Source: Chrysomallon squamiferum
Taxonomy: Eukaryota; Animalia; Mollusca
Assembly (NCBI GenBank): GCA_012295275.1
Contig: CM022671.1
Span: 26,350,001 to 26,414,000, forward strand
DNA: 64,000 bases
Direction: 5' to 3'
The notes below the pieces were generated by a model that had not been told where the DNA came from, made no database searches, and was given only the letters and a program-made list of their open reading frames with translations. Below, piece after piece: positions 47,715 through 60,144 of the stretch (position 1 is its first letter; the number at the start of each line of letters is the position of its first letter). The translations under genes were made by a program, and so were the position numbers.

Positions 47715-49188
47715 CTAAAAGAAAAGAAGAAGAAGAAGAAAAAGATGTTAAATGCTATATTGTTTAACAAAAAATAAAAAAATTAATAAACCCAAACAAA
47801 CCTCCAATAGTCTGAAGATTAAAAAAAACAATTTAAACCAAAAACAATGTTATTTCATCATGCAGCTTATAGACACACTATATATCTTTTTGCATTGTGG
47901 GGAAAAAAACAAAGAAATGAAAAGAAAAGAAAAAAAGAATGAAAGAAAAATAAATAAATAAAAAATGAATTGCAATTATTGAAATCCAGAAGGAAATGAA
48001 ACACCAGAATATTGCAAGAGTACATCCAAACCATTTGATGTAGAGTTATATTTCTATAAACAGACATTCTTTGGCATTCAGCTTTAAATATTTATTTTAC
48101 TGATTTTTATTGATTTTTACTGATGGTCACTTCCAACAGACAGTTGTTTAGAAAAATTCTCCATATATTATTTCTCAACAGTATTTTATCAAATTGGAAT
48201 AAAAAAAATTTCTTCTATCCTATCTATGTTTTTGCTTTTTGATGTTTCCAGATTTTATTTTCAGATTTTAATTCATTAACTGATTCATCTAATTTGTTTA
48301 TGTAATCAGTTATATCATGTTGCCATTATGGTGTAAAAATTTAGTAAGATACAAATGTATAGAAGAAATTATAGTTTAGAAGTTTCTTGCTTTTTTAAGG
48401 ACTCCAGAAACAAATGAAATAATCATCTGAAAGTATGTTACATATATTTAGACTATCTGCAACACTGCATAATCAGTTACATGTTTTGATAAATTATACT
48501 TTGACAATTTTTTGAATATTCCAATTTCAAAACAAAGACATATCATGATATTTGCAACTGATTATTTATAACTGATTTTCTATCAGATGAAACAACCTTC
48601 TGTAAGTTTGTCAAAACAAGAAGCATCCTCAAAATGCTTTAAAAAATTACTAAGTAAAAGTAAAGACTAAATTATGTGAAAGTTTTATTACAAATTTGAT
48701 CAAACAAAATAACAATTATTATGTGCAACAAAACTGAAAACATCCGAAGAACAATAATACTGCCTAAATAAAATCACACTTATATGTATAGATATATACA
48801 TTTTTAAACTTTGGATTCTAATAAATAATAAACTTTATTTAATGACTAGGCAGACAAACACTAACAGGATCACAAAATGTATAATAAATAAAGTAAAACA
48901 TAATGATAATCTCTAACTGAAATATTTTCTTTCATTACTGTTTAAATTTATTGTATAATAGGTGGTTTTTGTTTCAATCAACAATTTTTGAAACTGCTGA
49001 AAAGGCTGAACTTAAAATATTTTTCATATGCAATGGTTTTTTAATAGTATAAACATAATAATGCATTCATTTAAACTATCTGTACAAATAAATAAGGAAA
49101 AGCAGTGTGTATGCTTATTATATATGCATACTTGTTTGTAAACAAAGTATATTAAGAGATATGTTTATTATATTTATCCAGGAACAGT

Positions 49189-52100
49189 TCAGGAGTGTAC
49201 TGCCTGTATGCATGTTCTTTTGTGACGATTTAAGGAGTACGAATAAGAAAACACCTTTCCACAGGTGCAGCAGTACTCATAGTGATTTCCACCCAGGTGC
49301 TTGTGTCTGTAATGTTTCATCAAGTACCTTTCTTCAACAAAACGAACTCCACACACTCCACAGGAAAGTTTCTTAGTCTGTTCTACATGGCACTTTTTTA
49401 CGTGTGACTCTACATTTTTAAAGGTCTGCAAACATTTTGGACACTCGGATCTGTGACGGTCATGTTTCTTCATGTGTCTGTGTAGAGCGTACTTGTCTTT
49501 ACAGGTGTATCCACACTCACTGCAGACCTTCACCTTGTTCTGATGCTTAAATCTCCGGTGGTTCGACAAAGCATTGAGCGACTTGAAATTCAGGCCGCAG
49601 TCGGAACAGAGCTGCAGAGGATTATCTCCGTGTCTGCATGACACGTGCTGTTTGAGGTAGCGTTTCTCAGAAAACTCCTTGTTGCACTTCAGGCATATGT
49701 GTTTGTTACTAGGACTGTGTTGCAGGAAATGTCGCCGCAGTGATGCTTCGTGTCTGTAGCATTTAGCACAGAAATGGCAAACATACTGACACTGTTCTGT
49801 TGTTTTGCTCTGAATCCCTGTCACTTTGTTTTCACACAGTTTTGGGTCATTCTCAGACTTTAAAGACTCCAGTGTTAAAAGACTGGAAATTGTTATAGTA
49901 ACATTTCCTGGTTCTATTTTACTGCTGAAAGAAACAATAAAGAATGCTGAAGTGATGCAAAACAAATATTTAGCCACAGTCAAGATCAAGTAATATATTT
50001 CTTACTGAGAAAATTAAATCATTAATTATTGTTTTTCCAAATATTTAGAGCACTGGCAGTGAGCATAAAATTAAAAACAAAAATATGTAAATGAAAATGT
50101 TATTTTAAACTTAGTGTCAAGCATTACTACAAGAAATCAATGAATAATACATAAATGCTGATAATTTTAACAGGTATTCAAGGAGCTATTACCAAAAACA
50201 TCTAACTCTAACTTTAAAAATATATTTGTTATTCACAGAAAATACTTTCAGTTTTTACATTTTAATTTAAAACATACGTCCAACACTTCGTAGTTTTATT
50301 CTTATAATTAGGAATCATATTATTTAATCTGGTTTAAAACAGAAGAATGAAGTCGCTTTAATGAATAAACTGAAAGTATTTGCAACTGATAATTATACAT
50401 ACTTATACCTGTACAGTAGTAAAATCTCATTATACATTTTAACGTTAACTAAAATACTGTTAAGTGTATTTATAATTTGTAATAAAAGTTTAACTTACCT
50501 TCAGTGGTTTGATGTTCAATAAACAAAGAAAAAAAATGTAACCGCACGACATTACAGTATTATCTTCCCCTCACTTGTGGGTTGTAAGCTGTACCCTTTA
50601 AAACAACTGCCCTTCTATTTCATTGTATTTAAGATTGTTTAAAAACTGTCTGCTAAAATATCTTCAGTTATTTTAGCGACTAGGTTTTCATATTACATTA
50701 CATATTTTTATAAAACTTAATTGAAAAAAAAAAGATTACACTGTCTGATTTACATAATAAATACTGTAAAAAGTATATTTATACTTTTATAGGGCTGAAT
50801 ACCAGGGTTTATAAATTCCATGTACAATGAAGACCGTATTTGCATCTCTTTCAGGAAATGAGACACAAAACAATATCAATGTTCAGTTCATTAATATTAA
50901 CATATTAAAGTGAAGTATCAATATATTCACAAAAAAACAAGTGTATTCATAAGAACAGAAAATATTTTTTTTTCACCAACATAATTAAAAATAATTTGAT
51001 ATATAGGACTTGGATTTGGAATAAGGTTAAGGAAAATCACCCGATTTAATACGTAAAGAAATGAACATGATTTGCATGTTATTATAAAAACTTGTATGGT
51101 AAAACTTTGTTATACCTGTCTGTCGTTATCTGCTTAATCTCTACACTATCATTTTGGTTTTCAGTAGCGTCTGCTACCACAGCTGATGTCTGGATGTTTT
51201 CAGTTCTGTGTTGAAAATGTTCCAGTTCATCTGTGTCTGAATCAATATCTATGGGTTCCACTTTGACACGTGATGCACTGTTAGAAGCATTACACCGCAT
51301 CTTTTCACCTAAAACTGACTGTCTGGCTGTACCAGCCTCCTGAACATTTTGATACACATATACAGGTTGTAAACTTTCTTTGCTTGCTGATTTTGAGGAA
51401 GGATAATCAAACAGCTGAACAGTTTTGTGACTGGCAGAAAAGTAAGAATCTTCCTGAGATGAGCCTGTTTTTTCACTTGTTTCTGTTTCATTGTTTGTCG
51501 GAGACGGTGAATCTTGAAATGTGTTCAGTGGTCTGCTAAATGACTCTGTGACTGGTGAATAATGCTGCTGCTGATCAGGTGACTGGACATTTGGAATTAT
51601 ACTAGTCTCTCTGACTTGTTTTGGTAAATATTCACCTGAATCCAGAGACCGTGGATCAGAATATCTTTGAAAAAAAGAAGAAAGAAAAACCTGTATTATG
51701 ATGCAACCTTAAGCTTTTAGTACCAACACTGATTCCTGAATAGTGTTATTAAAAACAAGTATGATTATTCTTAGATGTAACAACTTAAGTAACATTTTCT
51801 GTCTGTCTTTTTCTGTCATTATATGTGCACATATATAAGCATATATATATATATATACATACCTGTCGGTAGTTTCTTCTGTATCCTCTGATTGCTTAAA
51901 ATGAACTGGTATGTCAGATGAATCATCTACATCACTATCTCGAACATCTGATGTTTCAGCATCTTCAAATCTAGAGCACAAATTCACATTAATGCGATCA
52001 TGAACAAATTATAGCTAAGACCATGAAAATTATAATCATAATTCTTATATAACTTAAATTAAAGTTAGTCTTTATTTATTGATATCTATTATTATTTTAA

Positions 52101-53009
52101 TTTTTATAGAAATGAGCAAGAACAAATAAAATATATGACTTAAAGTAAAACAGGGTCATTATTTACTGTAATTAGTTAGTATATAATATAATTTAATAAA
52201 ATTTAATAAATGTTATCAATATTACATAGTCTGCACAGTGGACATAATTAAACATTATCTTGACATATCATAGTTATAAAGTCAATCTATCCATTGATTT
52301 TTCCAGTTCCAGCCATGAGCCTGTAAATCAAGAAGTTTATCCAGACTGGTTTTATGATTTCCTGTATAAATTTTGCATAAAAAAGGATAAAGAAAAAAAG
52401 TGTTTGCTACTAAACATGGCCTGAATATTCTCTCATATAATTAGTTGTATATTTAACAAATTAATATTTAAACTACCAAATAACCACTCTTATTTTCATA
52501 TATACGTACATACATACAAACTGATACATATTAAATTAATAGACAATGACATGTATAATGTAATGATGAAAATAATTATATCGTACTGAAGTATCAATAT
52601 CATTAAATTTAAAGATTTATTTATTTGTAACTTTTAAGTAACTAGTGTTTAAAATAATTTATTGTAGCAATGACAAGATAATTGAGTAATTCACGGTTTT
52701 AAGTATTTATTATAATAATTTATAATGTTATTGTTAATAATGTCAATATAATTTTCATTTTTAACAAATGTATTAATTCATGTAATCCAATAATTACCGG
52801 CAAAAGCAGTATTGGTCATGAATTTCCATTAAGTGAAAGGCCAATCCTGGATCTGTGTCAGCTCTTTTTTCCCTAAGTGATTTCCAACTCTCAAAAATGA
52901 CCCCAAGATGAACCTTTCTTTCATCCTGCCATTTATCCACTGCATGTCCACTAGATCTGACTGGGTGTCCTTTTCTTAAATGTCGCGACTGCATTGTTGG
53001 ATTAGCCAT
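49189..53009 (-). CDS. C2H2 zinc-finger protein (~534 aa, 7 fingers in the terminal exon)
   Basis: Exons 53009-52798, 51970-51863, 51664-51116 and 49924-49189, all phase-2 junctions, total 1605 nt. The N-terminal KVHLGVIFESWKSLRE...DPGLAFHLM motif is of a type seen in fish and invertebrate ZF proteins. An acidic/Ser linker precedes five C2H2 and two C2HC fingers. Confidence 0.85.
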
Positions 53010-53999
53010 AATGTCATTATAGCAACCTACCGAACAATATTAAATCAGATTTTAAACAAAGCATCCAATTTTGATAATTGTTTTGAGAGAATATCGGAAA
53101 CCATATTCGTTAATAATTTTTGTTAGAAAATTCTAATTTCCTTCAATATATTTAGAGCACCAATTTAAATTATCCAAATTATAAAATTATTTGATGTTTT
53201 CAGTACGACACTTTTTGTATATTGCATACTGTATTTTTTAACTGGAGGAAATCCAGCAAAAGCTAAATTTTCAAAATGGAAAACTCAGTCAATCAGATTT
53301 CTGTTTACAAACTCTCGGAATTTATATTGCTGCTTAAAATTAACGTTATTTGAAAAATGATTTGTATGTGCTCTGAAAACAAATACTGTTAACTATACTG
53401 CTCGCTATGATAAACTCAATGAAGCGGAACCTATTTTATAAAAATAACAATTATATATCTTATTATAAGGATTATTTATAATTCTTTAAATATTTTGAAA
53501 ACGCATTGATGTCTATCTAACATCAAGGAATTTAATCAGTTCACCGTTGAAATTCTTTATTTTGTTATAGAATCGTTATCTCAAATTAAAGGTTTTGATC
53601 ATAAGAAGAACGATATGCTCAAGATGGCTGTTGAATGTGTGTGTGTTCGTGTGTGCGCGCGTGTGCGTGTGTGTGTGTGTGTGTTATTGTGAATAAATAT
53701 GTATTTTCCGAACATGTCTTTGATGAAATAAATAATCAGCATTTACATATTACGAGTTAACTCGCTTAGCAAGATGGCAACAAAATTAACATGATTTGTT
53801 TCGTTTTTTGTTTTATAAAAGCCGCAGGTGCGAATGATTGTTGACCAGAAAAGAATGTACAAAAGATAAACTGGAGCAGATAACTCCAGAATGAAAAATG
53901 GTGACGAAACATCATTGCGCATTTGTTACGACATTTTGTAAGAAAATAAATCAACAGTATACAAATATTTCTTAAATCATATTAATTTATGACACTAAA
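53010..53999. promoter_or_regulatory. Probable bidirectional promoter between the zinc-finger gene and pelota
   Basis: Divergent start codons are 990 bp apart, with local CpG enrichment and two CAAGATGGC (YY1-like) motifs at ~53620 and ~53770. Confidence 0.6.
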
Positions 54000-56900
54000 A
54001 TGAAGCTCGTCAAGAGAGAAATTGATAAAAATGGCACAGGGTAAGATAATTAATACTTCCTTAAATTGGACAAGCTTCCGATTTTGCCACATTTTCATTT
54101 TGATTTTATTTTCATTCTGGCAATCATTCAGTGTATGATGTGTTATTCTATGTATACTTTTGTATCATTCGATTTATTATTTGACAGTACTGGTCAGTAG
54201 TTTAAGGATTATATGTTTTTAAATAAAACGGATAAGCAAAGAAGTAAGTATATTAATGATGAATGAAAATGTATGATAATATATATATTTTTTACTTATC
54301 AAATCCTGTATGAAGAAATTTTTTTTTTAATAATAATAATAATAAATAATAAAAGGAAACTATTAAAATGTAATGTACCTTGAATTTTTTTAAATGTTAA
54401 ATAATTTTGTACAATATTGACACTTTAGGTCAGTAACCCTTATAGCTGAAGAAGCAGAAGACATGTGGCATGCCTACAACCTGGTTCAAATAGGAGATTC
54501 TCTGAAATCTACAACCATCAGGTAGGGAATTAATTTTTTTATTAAAAATATATATTAAATAAATGTTACAGTACAGTAAATTTTAATACCATTTCCAGTG
54601 TTGCCAAAAGTAATAAAATAAATGGAATAAAATGCATTTTTTCATAATATTAAATAAATGTAGCTAATAGCTTAATATTTTGTAATAATTTATATGAAAT
54701 AATTATAATGTCAAATTACGTATGTGAAATTTATTAATATATGTTGATTGATAAATAATTTTAGCATAAATTAATTCTTAAAACAATAACTCAGTTTTTT
54801 TTTTAATTCTATTATTAGCTATATAAATTGTTTGATAATGAGTTTGAATATAGATATTATCTAAATAGTTAATTGTTATCAGTAAAAAATGAACAAAAGT
54901 TATTGTTTATCCACTTTATTGTGTTTGTCTTGTTTGTATTTTCAATAAAAGGTTATATATGAACAAACAGATTAAAAAAAAAAGATTTAAAAAAATCTAC
55001 ATTTTCAGGAAAGTACAGAATGAGTCGGCAACAGGAAGTGTGAGTGTGAACAAAGTGCGAACCACTCTGACTATTCGTGTTGAGACAATTGACTACGATA
55101 TTCAGGCTTGTGTCTTACGAGTTAAAGGGCGAAACATCAAGGAAAATCAGTATGTTAAGGTATCCAAGACTTAATAACAAAAGAGACACCTCAATTGTTG
55201 CTTTATAAAAGATGTGTTTATGAATCAGAAACTTGTTTTACCCAGTTATTAATAATTGCCATAATTTTGCTGTTTTTTTATTTTTGGAAAGAGGGACAGA
55301 GATAATGTATGTGTACAGGTGCATGCATATTTGTTTATATTCTGTAATATTTTTGAAGCTAGATAGAAGTTAGATGATTTAATATTACAGTTAGTATTCT
55401 TTTTATTTTTATACATTCAAATATTTTATTTCATGATTCTTGATGGATTGAATTTCAGTTTTGAAAATATTGAATAAAATGTTTGTTATTTTAGATGGGG
55501 GCATATCACACATTGGATCTCGAACAGAACCGTCCATTCACACTATCAAAACAGGAATGGGACAGTGTTTGTTTGGAAAGGATAGGTAATTAATATGTCT
55601 ATAAATATTATTTAACTGGCTCAATTTGTAAATGATTATACATATTTTGGGGTAGTTGTCTGATAGAATACTTTAATTTACAGCAGTCCCTAAAATAAAA
55701 AATAGAATTTGTTTAAATATTCAAATGACCATTGTTTAAACGCTTTTACTAGTATTTAATTTTGTTTTTAATTGCTGAGCCTAATTTCTTAAATAGATAT
55801 TAAAAATATGAAACAAATCTGTTAAATACAATGTTAATTAAGACTGAATTTTTATTTTCACAAGATAATGCCTGTGATGTCACACAGCATGCCGATGTTG
55901 CTGCTGTTGTAATGCAGGAAGGACTGGCTCATGTTTGTCTTGTAACATCAAGTATGACACTGGTTCGAGCTAAAATTGAGACCAACATTCCAAGGAAACG
56001 CAAAGGCATGTGTGATCAACACATGAAGGTAATCTTAATATTGAGCACACTGGAATAGTCTGTAAATGTGTTGAATAATACTTCTTAATGCTTGTTGTTT
56101 TCTGGAGTTTTAGGGGGTTTTGGGTGTGTTTTTTTTTTTTTTTTTTTTTATCAAAAAGGAGCTTCAGTCATTATGATTAAAATAGACTTGTGAAGTTAAA
56201 CAGAAAGCACATAAAGGACATTGTTAAATAATAATATGTATTTTCCAATAAAGAAAGAAACAAAATGATCTGAATAAAATGTGTTTCTTTTCTTTGTTTT
56301 AATAATATTAGTATTCTATTTATGTTAAAAGCACTGCTATTTGAAAAAAATATTAGAATTTTTAGGTGTTTTCTTTGGTTGTCGAATGTGTTTATTCTGG
56401 ATATAAAAATACATTAACAGTTGTTTGGATGTAAAAAATAACACAAGTATGTCATTATATTAAATAGATTTCATTAACTTGTTTATTCCTAGTTATTTGA
56501 AAAACCTCTGAGCAAATAAATCTTTTGTTAAAAATGTTCTTAGGTCTTTGAATGGAAAATTAACGTTAACAAAAGTCTGTAAAATAAGTAACAAAACTAA
56601 TATGTTAACCCACTGTTTTATTTTCCAGGGTTTACACCGGTTTTATGATCAGATTATTCAAGCAATATTGCGGCACGTTAACTTTGAAAGTAAGTCTTTT
56701 GTTTTCTTTTCGTTAATACCTTTCTGACTTTATTTTAAAACAATAATTGTGTACAATTCTTATACATACAATGTTTTATTTTATGTGTGTGTGTGTGTGT
56801 GATTGTGTGTGTGTGTATGTATGTATATATATGTTTGTTTGGATTTAGAAATTCATTTATCTTTTAACTTTGAATAATTTATTGCTGATTAAAAATAAAT

Positions 56901-58203
56901 TTCTAATGATGTTTATGTAATTATTTTTATTAAAATTTACAGTTACTTAATATTTATTTTGTCTTGTCTGTCTGTCTGTTTTAAAAATTTTATGTCTGTG
57001 TTTTTTACATATTTATATTATGGATTTCCATTTCAGTTGTCAAATGTGTTATTTTAGCTAGTCCAGGATTTGTGAAGGTACTATTTTCTTAAAATCTCTG
57101 TACTTATTTATGTATTATTCCTTGATATATTTTGATATGAAGAATAAAATTTTCAGACGTGTATTTGGATTAAGTTACTAAAATATAAAAGCTCTTATTT
57201 TTTTTCTTCTAAAGTTGGCTGCATAAATAAATTTTTTAGAAACATAAAAACACAAGTGCACCTTTCCAGTTGTAAAATTTAGGCTCACTTTAATCTTAGA
57301 AAATGACCTTCAATTTAAGACCATGGGTATATTTATAGTTAATCTATTTTGACATATTATTAATCAAATCTGCATGTACATAAATAAGACATTTCAAACT
57401 AAACAGCAAAGATGCAGTGAAAATGGGTGAAAAAAAGCATCTCAGGTCACAATACATCTTAATATTTTACATTATTAATAAGAACCTTTTTACCTCCTTT
57501 CCTTCACAAACAAGTGTTTGTAATTTCACTTACCATTCTTTCACCATAACAATATTTTCAATCCTTTTGATTACATAATTTGTAAACTATAGACCCTTAT
57601 TTTGTAATATCTTAAAATACATTCATTCAGTTTAAACATTAGTAGATCATGTATATAATCTAATATTTCTTGTTTTATTCCTCTATATGTATTTTGGAAG
57701 TACATTTTTTATATTTAAATGTACTGAAATGTTCTGATCATCATCTTTTTATTTCACTGTAGGATCAGTTTGTAGATTACATGTTTCAACAAGCCGCAAA
57801 ACACGACCAGAAGAATCTTCTTGACAACAGGTCGAAATTCATTCTTGTCCATTCTTCTTCAGGGTTCAAGCACTCGTTAAAAGGTAACATTCTGGGCCAC
57901 CTGTTGAGTGTATTCTTATTCTTCATAGAGGAACGGGTAAAAGATAAAATAACAAATAAGAGACATTATGTTAAATATTGTGATGAAGAAAAGGTGGTCA
58001 TAGATTTTAAAATCGTTCATGTTTATATCTTATGACTTATTATTATATCCATTTTTATTATTATTGTTGTTCTTACTGATGTTGTTATTATTACTATTAT
58101 TATTATTATTATTATGTTATTATTAGTACTATTGTTGGTGGTGGTGGTGGTGGTGGTGGTGGTGGTTGTTGTTGTTGTTGTTGTTCTTCTTCTTCTTCTT
58201 CTT

Positions 58204-58234
<31 letters not shown>

Positions 58235-60144
58235 TTATTATTATTATTATTATTATGATTGTACAGAGGTTTTGTGTGATCCTGCCTTATCATCCAAGCT
58301 AGCTGACACAAAAGCAGCAGGAGAAGTAAAAGCTCTTGATGATTTCTATCAGATGTTGCAGTCAGATCCTGATAGGGCATACTATGGGTAATTGTTGTTG
58401 TTTTTAATACGCTTTAAATTAGAACTACCTATATTAATTCACAATGTCTTAATTCTTTATATTTTCTATAATCTGTATAAATTTGATTGAATTTTACTAT
58501 TGTTAACTTGTAGTCCTTACAGAAATGATTATCAAAATAGAACTTCAGGGGATTATAAGAAAAGCAGTGTGATTTTAAAATTGTTTTGTGTTTGTGTTTC
58601 AGTGTAGGACATGTTGAAAGGGCAGCAGAACTTCAAGCTATTGTTACATTATTAATATCAGATGAACTTTTCAGGTAACAGCGTGACTATTTTACAACAA
58701 CTTTCTCTTTATTATTAATGATATTATTTTTATTAGTAGTAGTAGTAGTAGTGTTATATATTATTATTATTGTTGTTGTTGTTATTATTATTACCTCCAA
58801 GCAACCATCTTTTTATATTTCATTAACAATAAATTTATTTGACTTATTTAAATTTCTATGGTATTATTAATATTTACAAACAATCATTTATTTCTTTACA
58901 GAATTACTTACTTAATTTAGTACTTATTAACACCTCAGTAAAGTCATGAATATTTTCATGTGTGAAAAAATCTGGATCATGAAACACAATACTATAAAAA
59001 TATATTGTGAAGTCATGAATTGCATTTTTTCATTTTTTTTTTTTTTTTTTTTATTACTTAAAATGCCTATAACAGTCCCTGAATTTTGTTGTTCAGTGTA
59101 AATAAACTATGTATTTATTCCATTTAAGATCAAAAGACCTGACTGAAAGAAAGAGATATGTGAAACTTAGTAGACACAGTCAGAGAAAGTGGTGGTGATG
59201 TGAAGATATTTTCCAGTTTACATGTTTCTGGAGAACGTAAGGGTTACAGTTTCTTTTACAGTTCTATTTTATCTCGAAAACCAAAAATGATTTTATAAGT
59301 AAGACATACTGATAATATTTAATACTAAACCTAATAAAAATATAGCATATGTAGTTCTGTCACATTGTATAAAACTGAAATTAACATTACATATTTTTTA
59401 CAAGGAATAAAAATTCTGTTTGGATGTAAATAAACTGCTTAAAATAAATATTGCTGTCAGTTTTGTAATAAATAGTGCTGTTATAAGTCAGTTTACTGTG
59501 GCTAAGAACTCTGTGTTATTATAACTGTCTTACAGTGGTCATATTAAAGGTCCAAGGGAAATAACTATGAATGTTTTATTACTAAAACTGAACTGGAATG
59601 TACAATAAATGTGCTCATATTCAGTTGTTTTGTTGGATGTATGTATAATACTAATAGAAGTCACTTGAACAGTTTAAGCTAGCAGTATTTTCTGTATACT
59701 GTATTAACACCTTAGCAGCTTAAGGTTCTTTCAGAGGTTAGGTTTATAATTATTTTAACCATTGGTATACCACAAAATAATGTGTCTTTAGGTGTCTACT
59801 GGTGTTGATTAGTAAAATGTTTCTATATGTACATTTTCGTGCAATTAACACAAATGTAATTAACTGACTTCGAACAGTTGCTGTAATGAATAAATAATTA
59901 CTTGCTGCTCACAGAAACTGGGAAGCACTGGAAACAATCATGCTTTTGGTATATTTATGGATGTTTCAGATATATTTGTTAGATTATAAATTACAGACAG
60001 GAAATGCATCATTTAATTTTGGTTATGTGTATTGTTAATAAAAATGTTTTGTTTTCATCTGTTACAGAGCTGGGTCAGTTGTCTGGTGTCTGTGCTATTT
60101 TGAGATTCCCAATGCAGGATACAGAAGATTCAGATGAAGACTGA
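54000..60144 (+). CDS. PELO: Protein pelota (Dom34) ribosome-rescue factor, ~379 aa, 12 exons; one extra base in exon 11 as assembled
   Basis: Exons 54000-54040, 54429-54521, 55009-55159, 55495-55585, 55865-56028, 56629-56689, 57037-57077, 57763-57883, 58267-58387, 58603-58674, 59129-59236, 60068-60144. Motifs: [72 protein letters not shown]. The sum is 1141 nt (3n+1). Confidence 0.96.
58085..58256. repeat. Compound trinucleotide microsatellite (ATT/GGT/GTT/CTT/ATT)
   Basis: Visible consecutive trinucleotide runs ending ~10 nt before the PELO exon 9 acceptor. Confidence 0.95.

Noticed and set aside
47285-47767. 160-aa plus-strand ORF
   Set aside because: Antisense shadow of the minus-strand HTH exon, with no splice signals or recognisable domain.
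55160-55494. U12-type intron in PELO (donor GTATCC)
   Set aside because: The donor continues AAG rather than TT, and there is no TCCTTAAC-like branch site near the acceptor.
58114-58380. Poly-V/L/I and poly-N/K/H ORFs
   Set aside because: These are translations of the compound trinucleotide microsatellite.
59134-59137. Alternative AAG acceptor rescuing the PELO frame
   Set aside because: Using it gives AGA CCT GAC TGA, an immediate stop.
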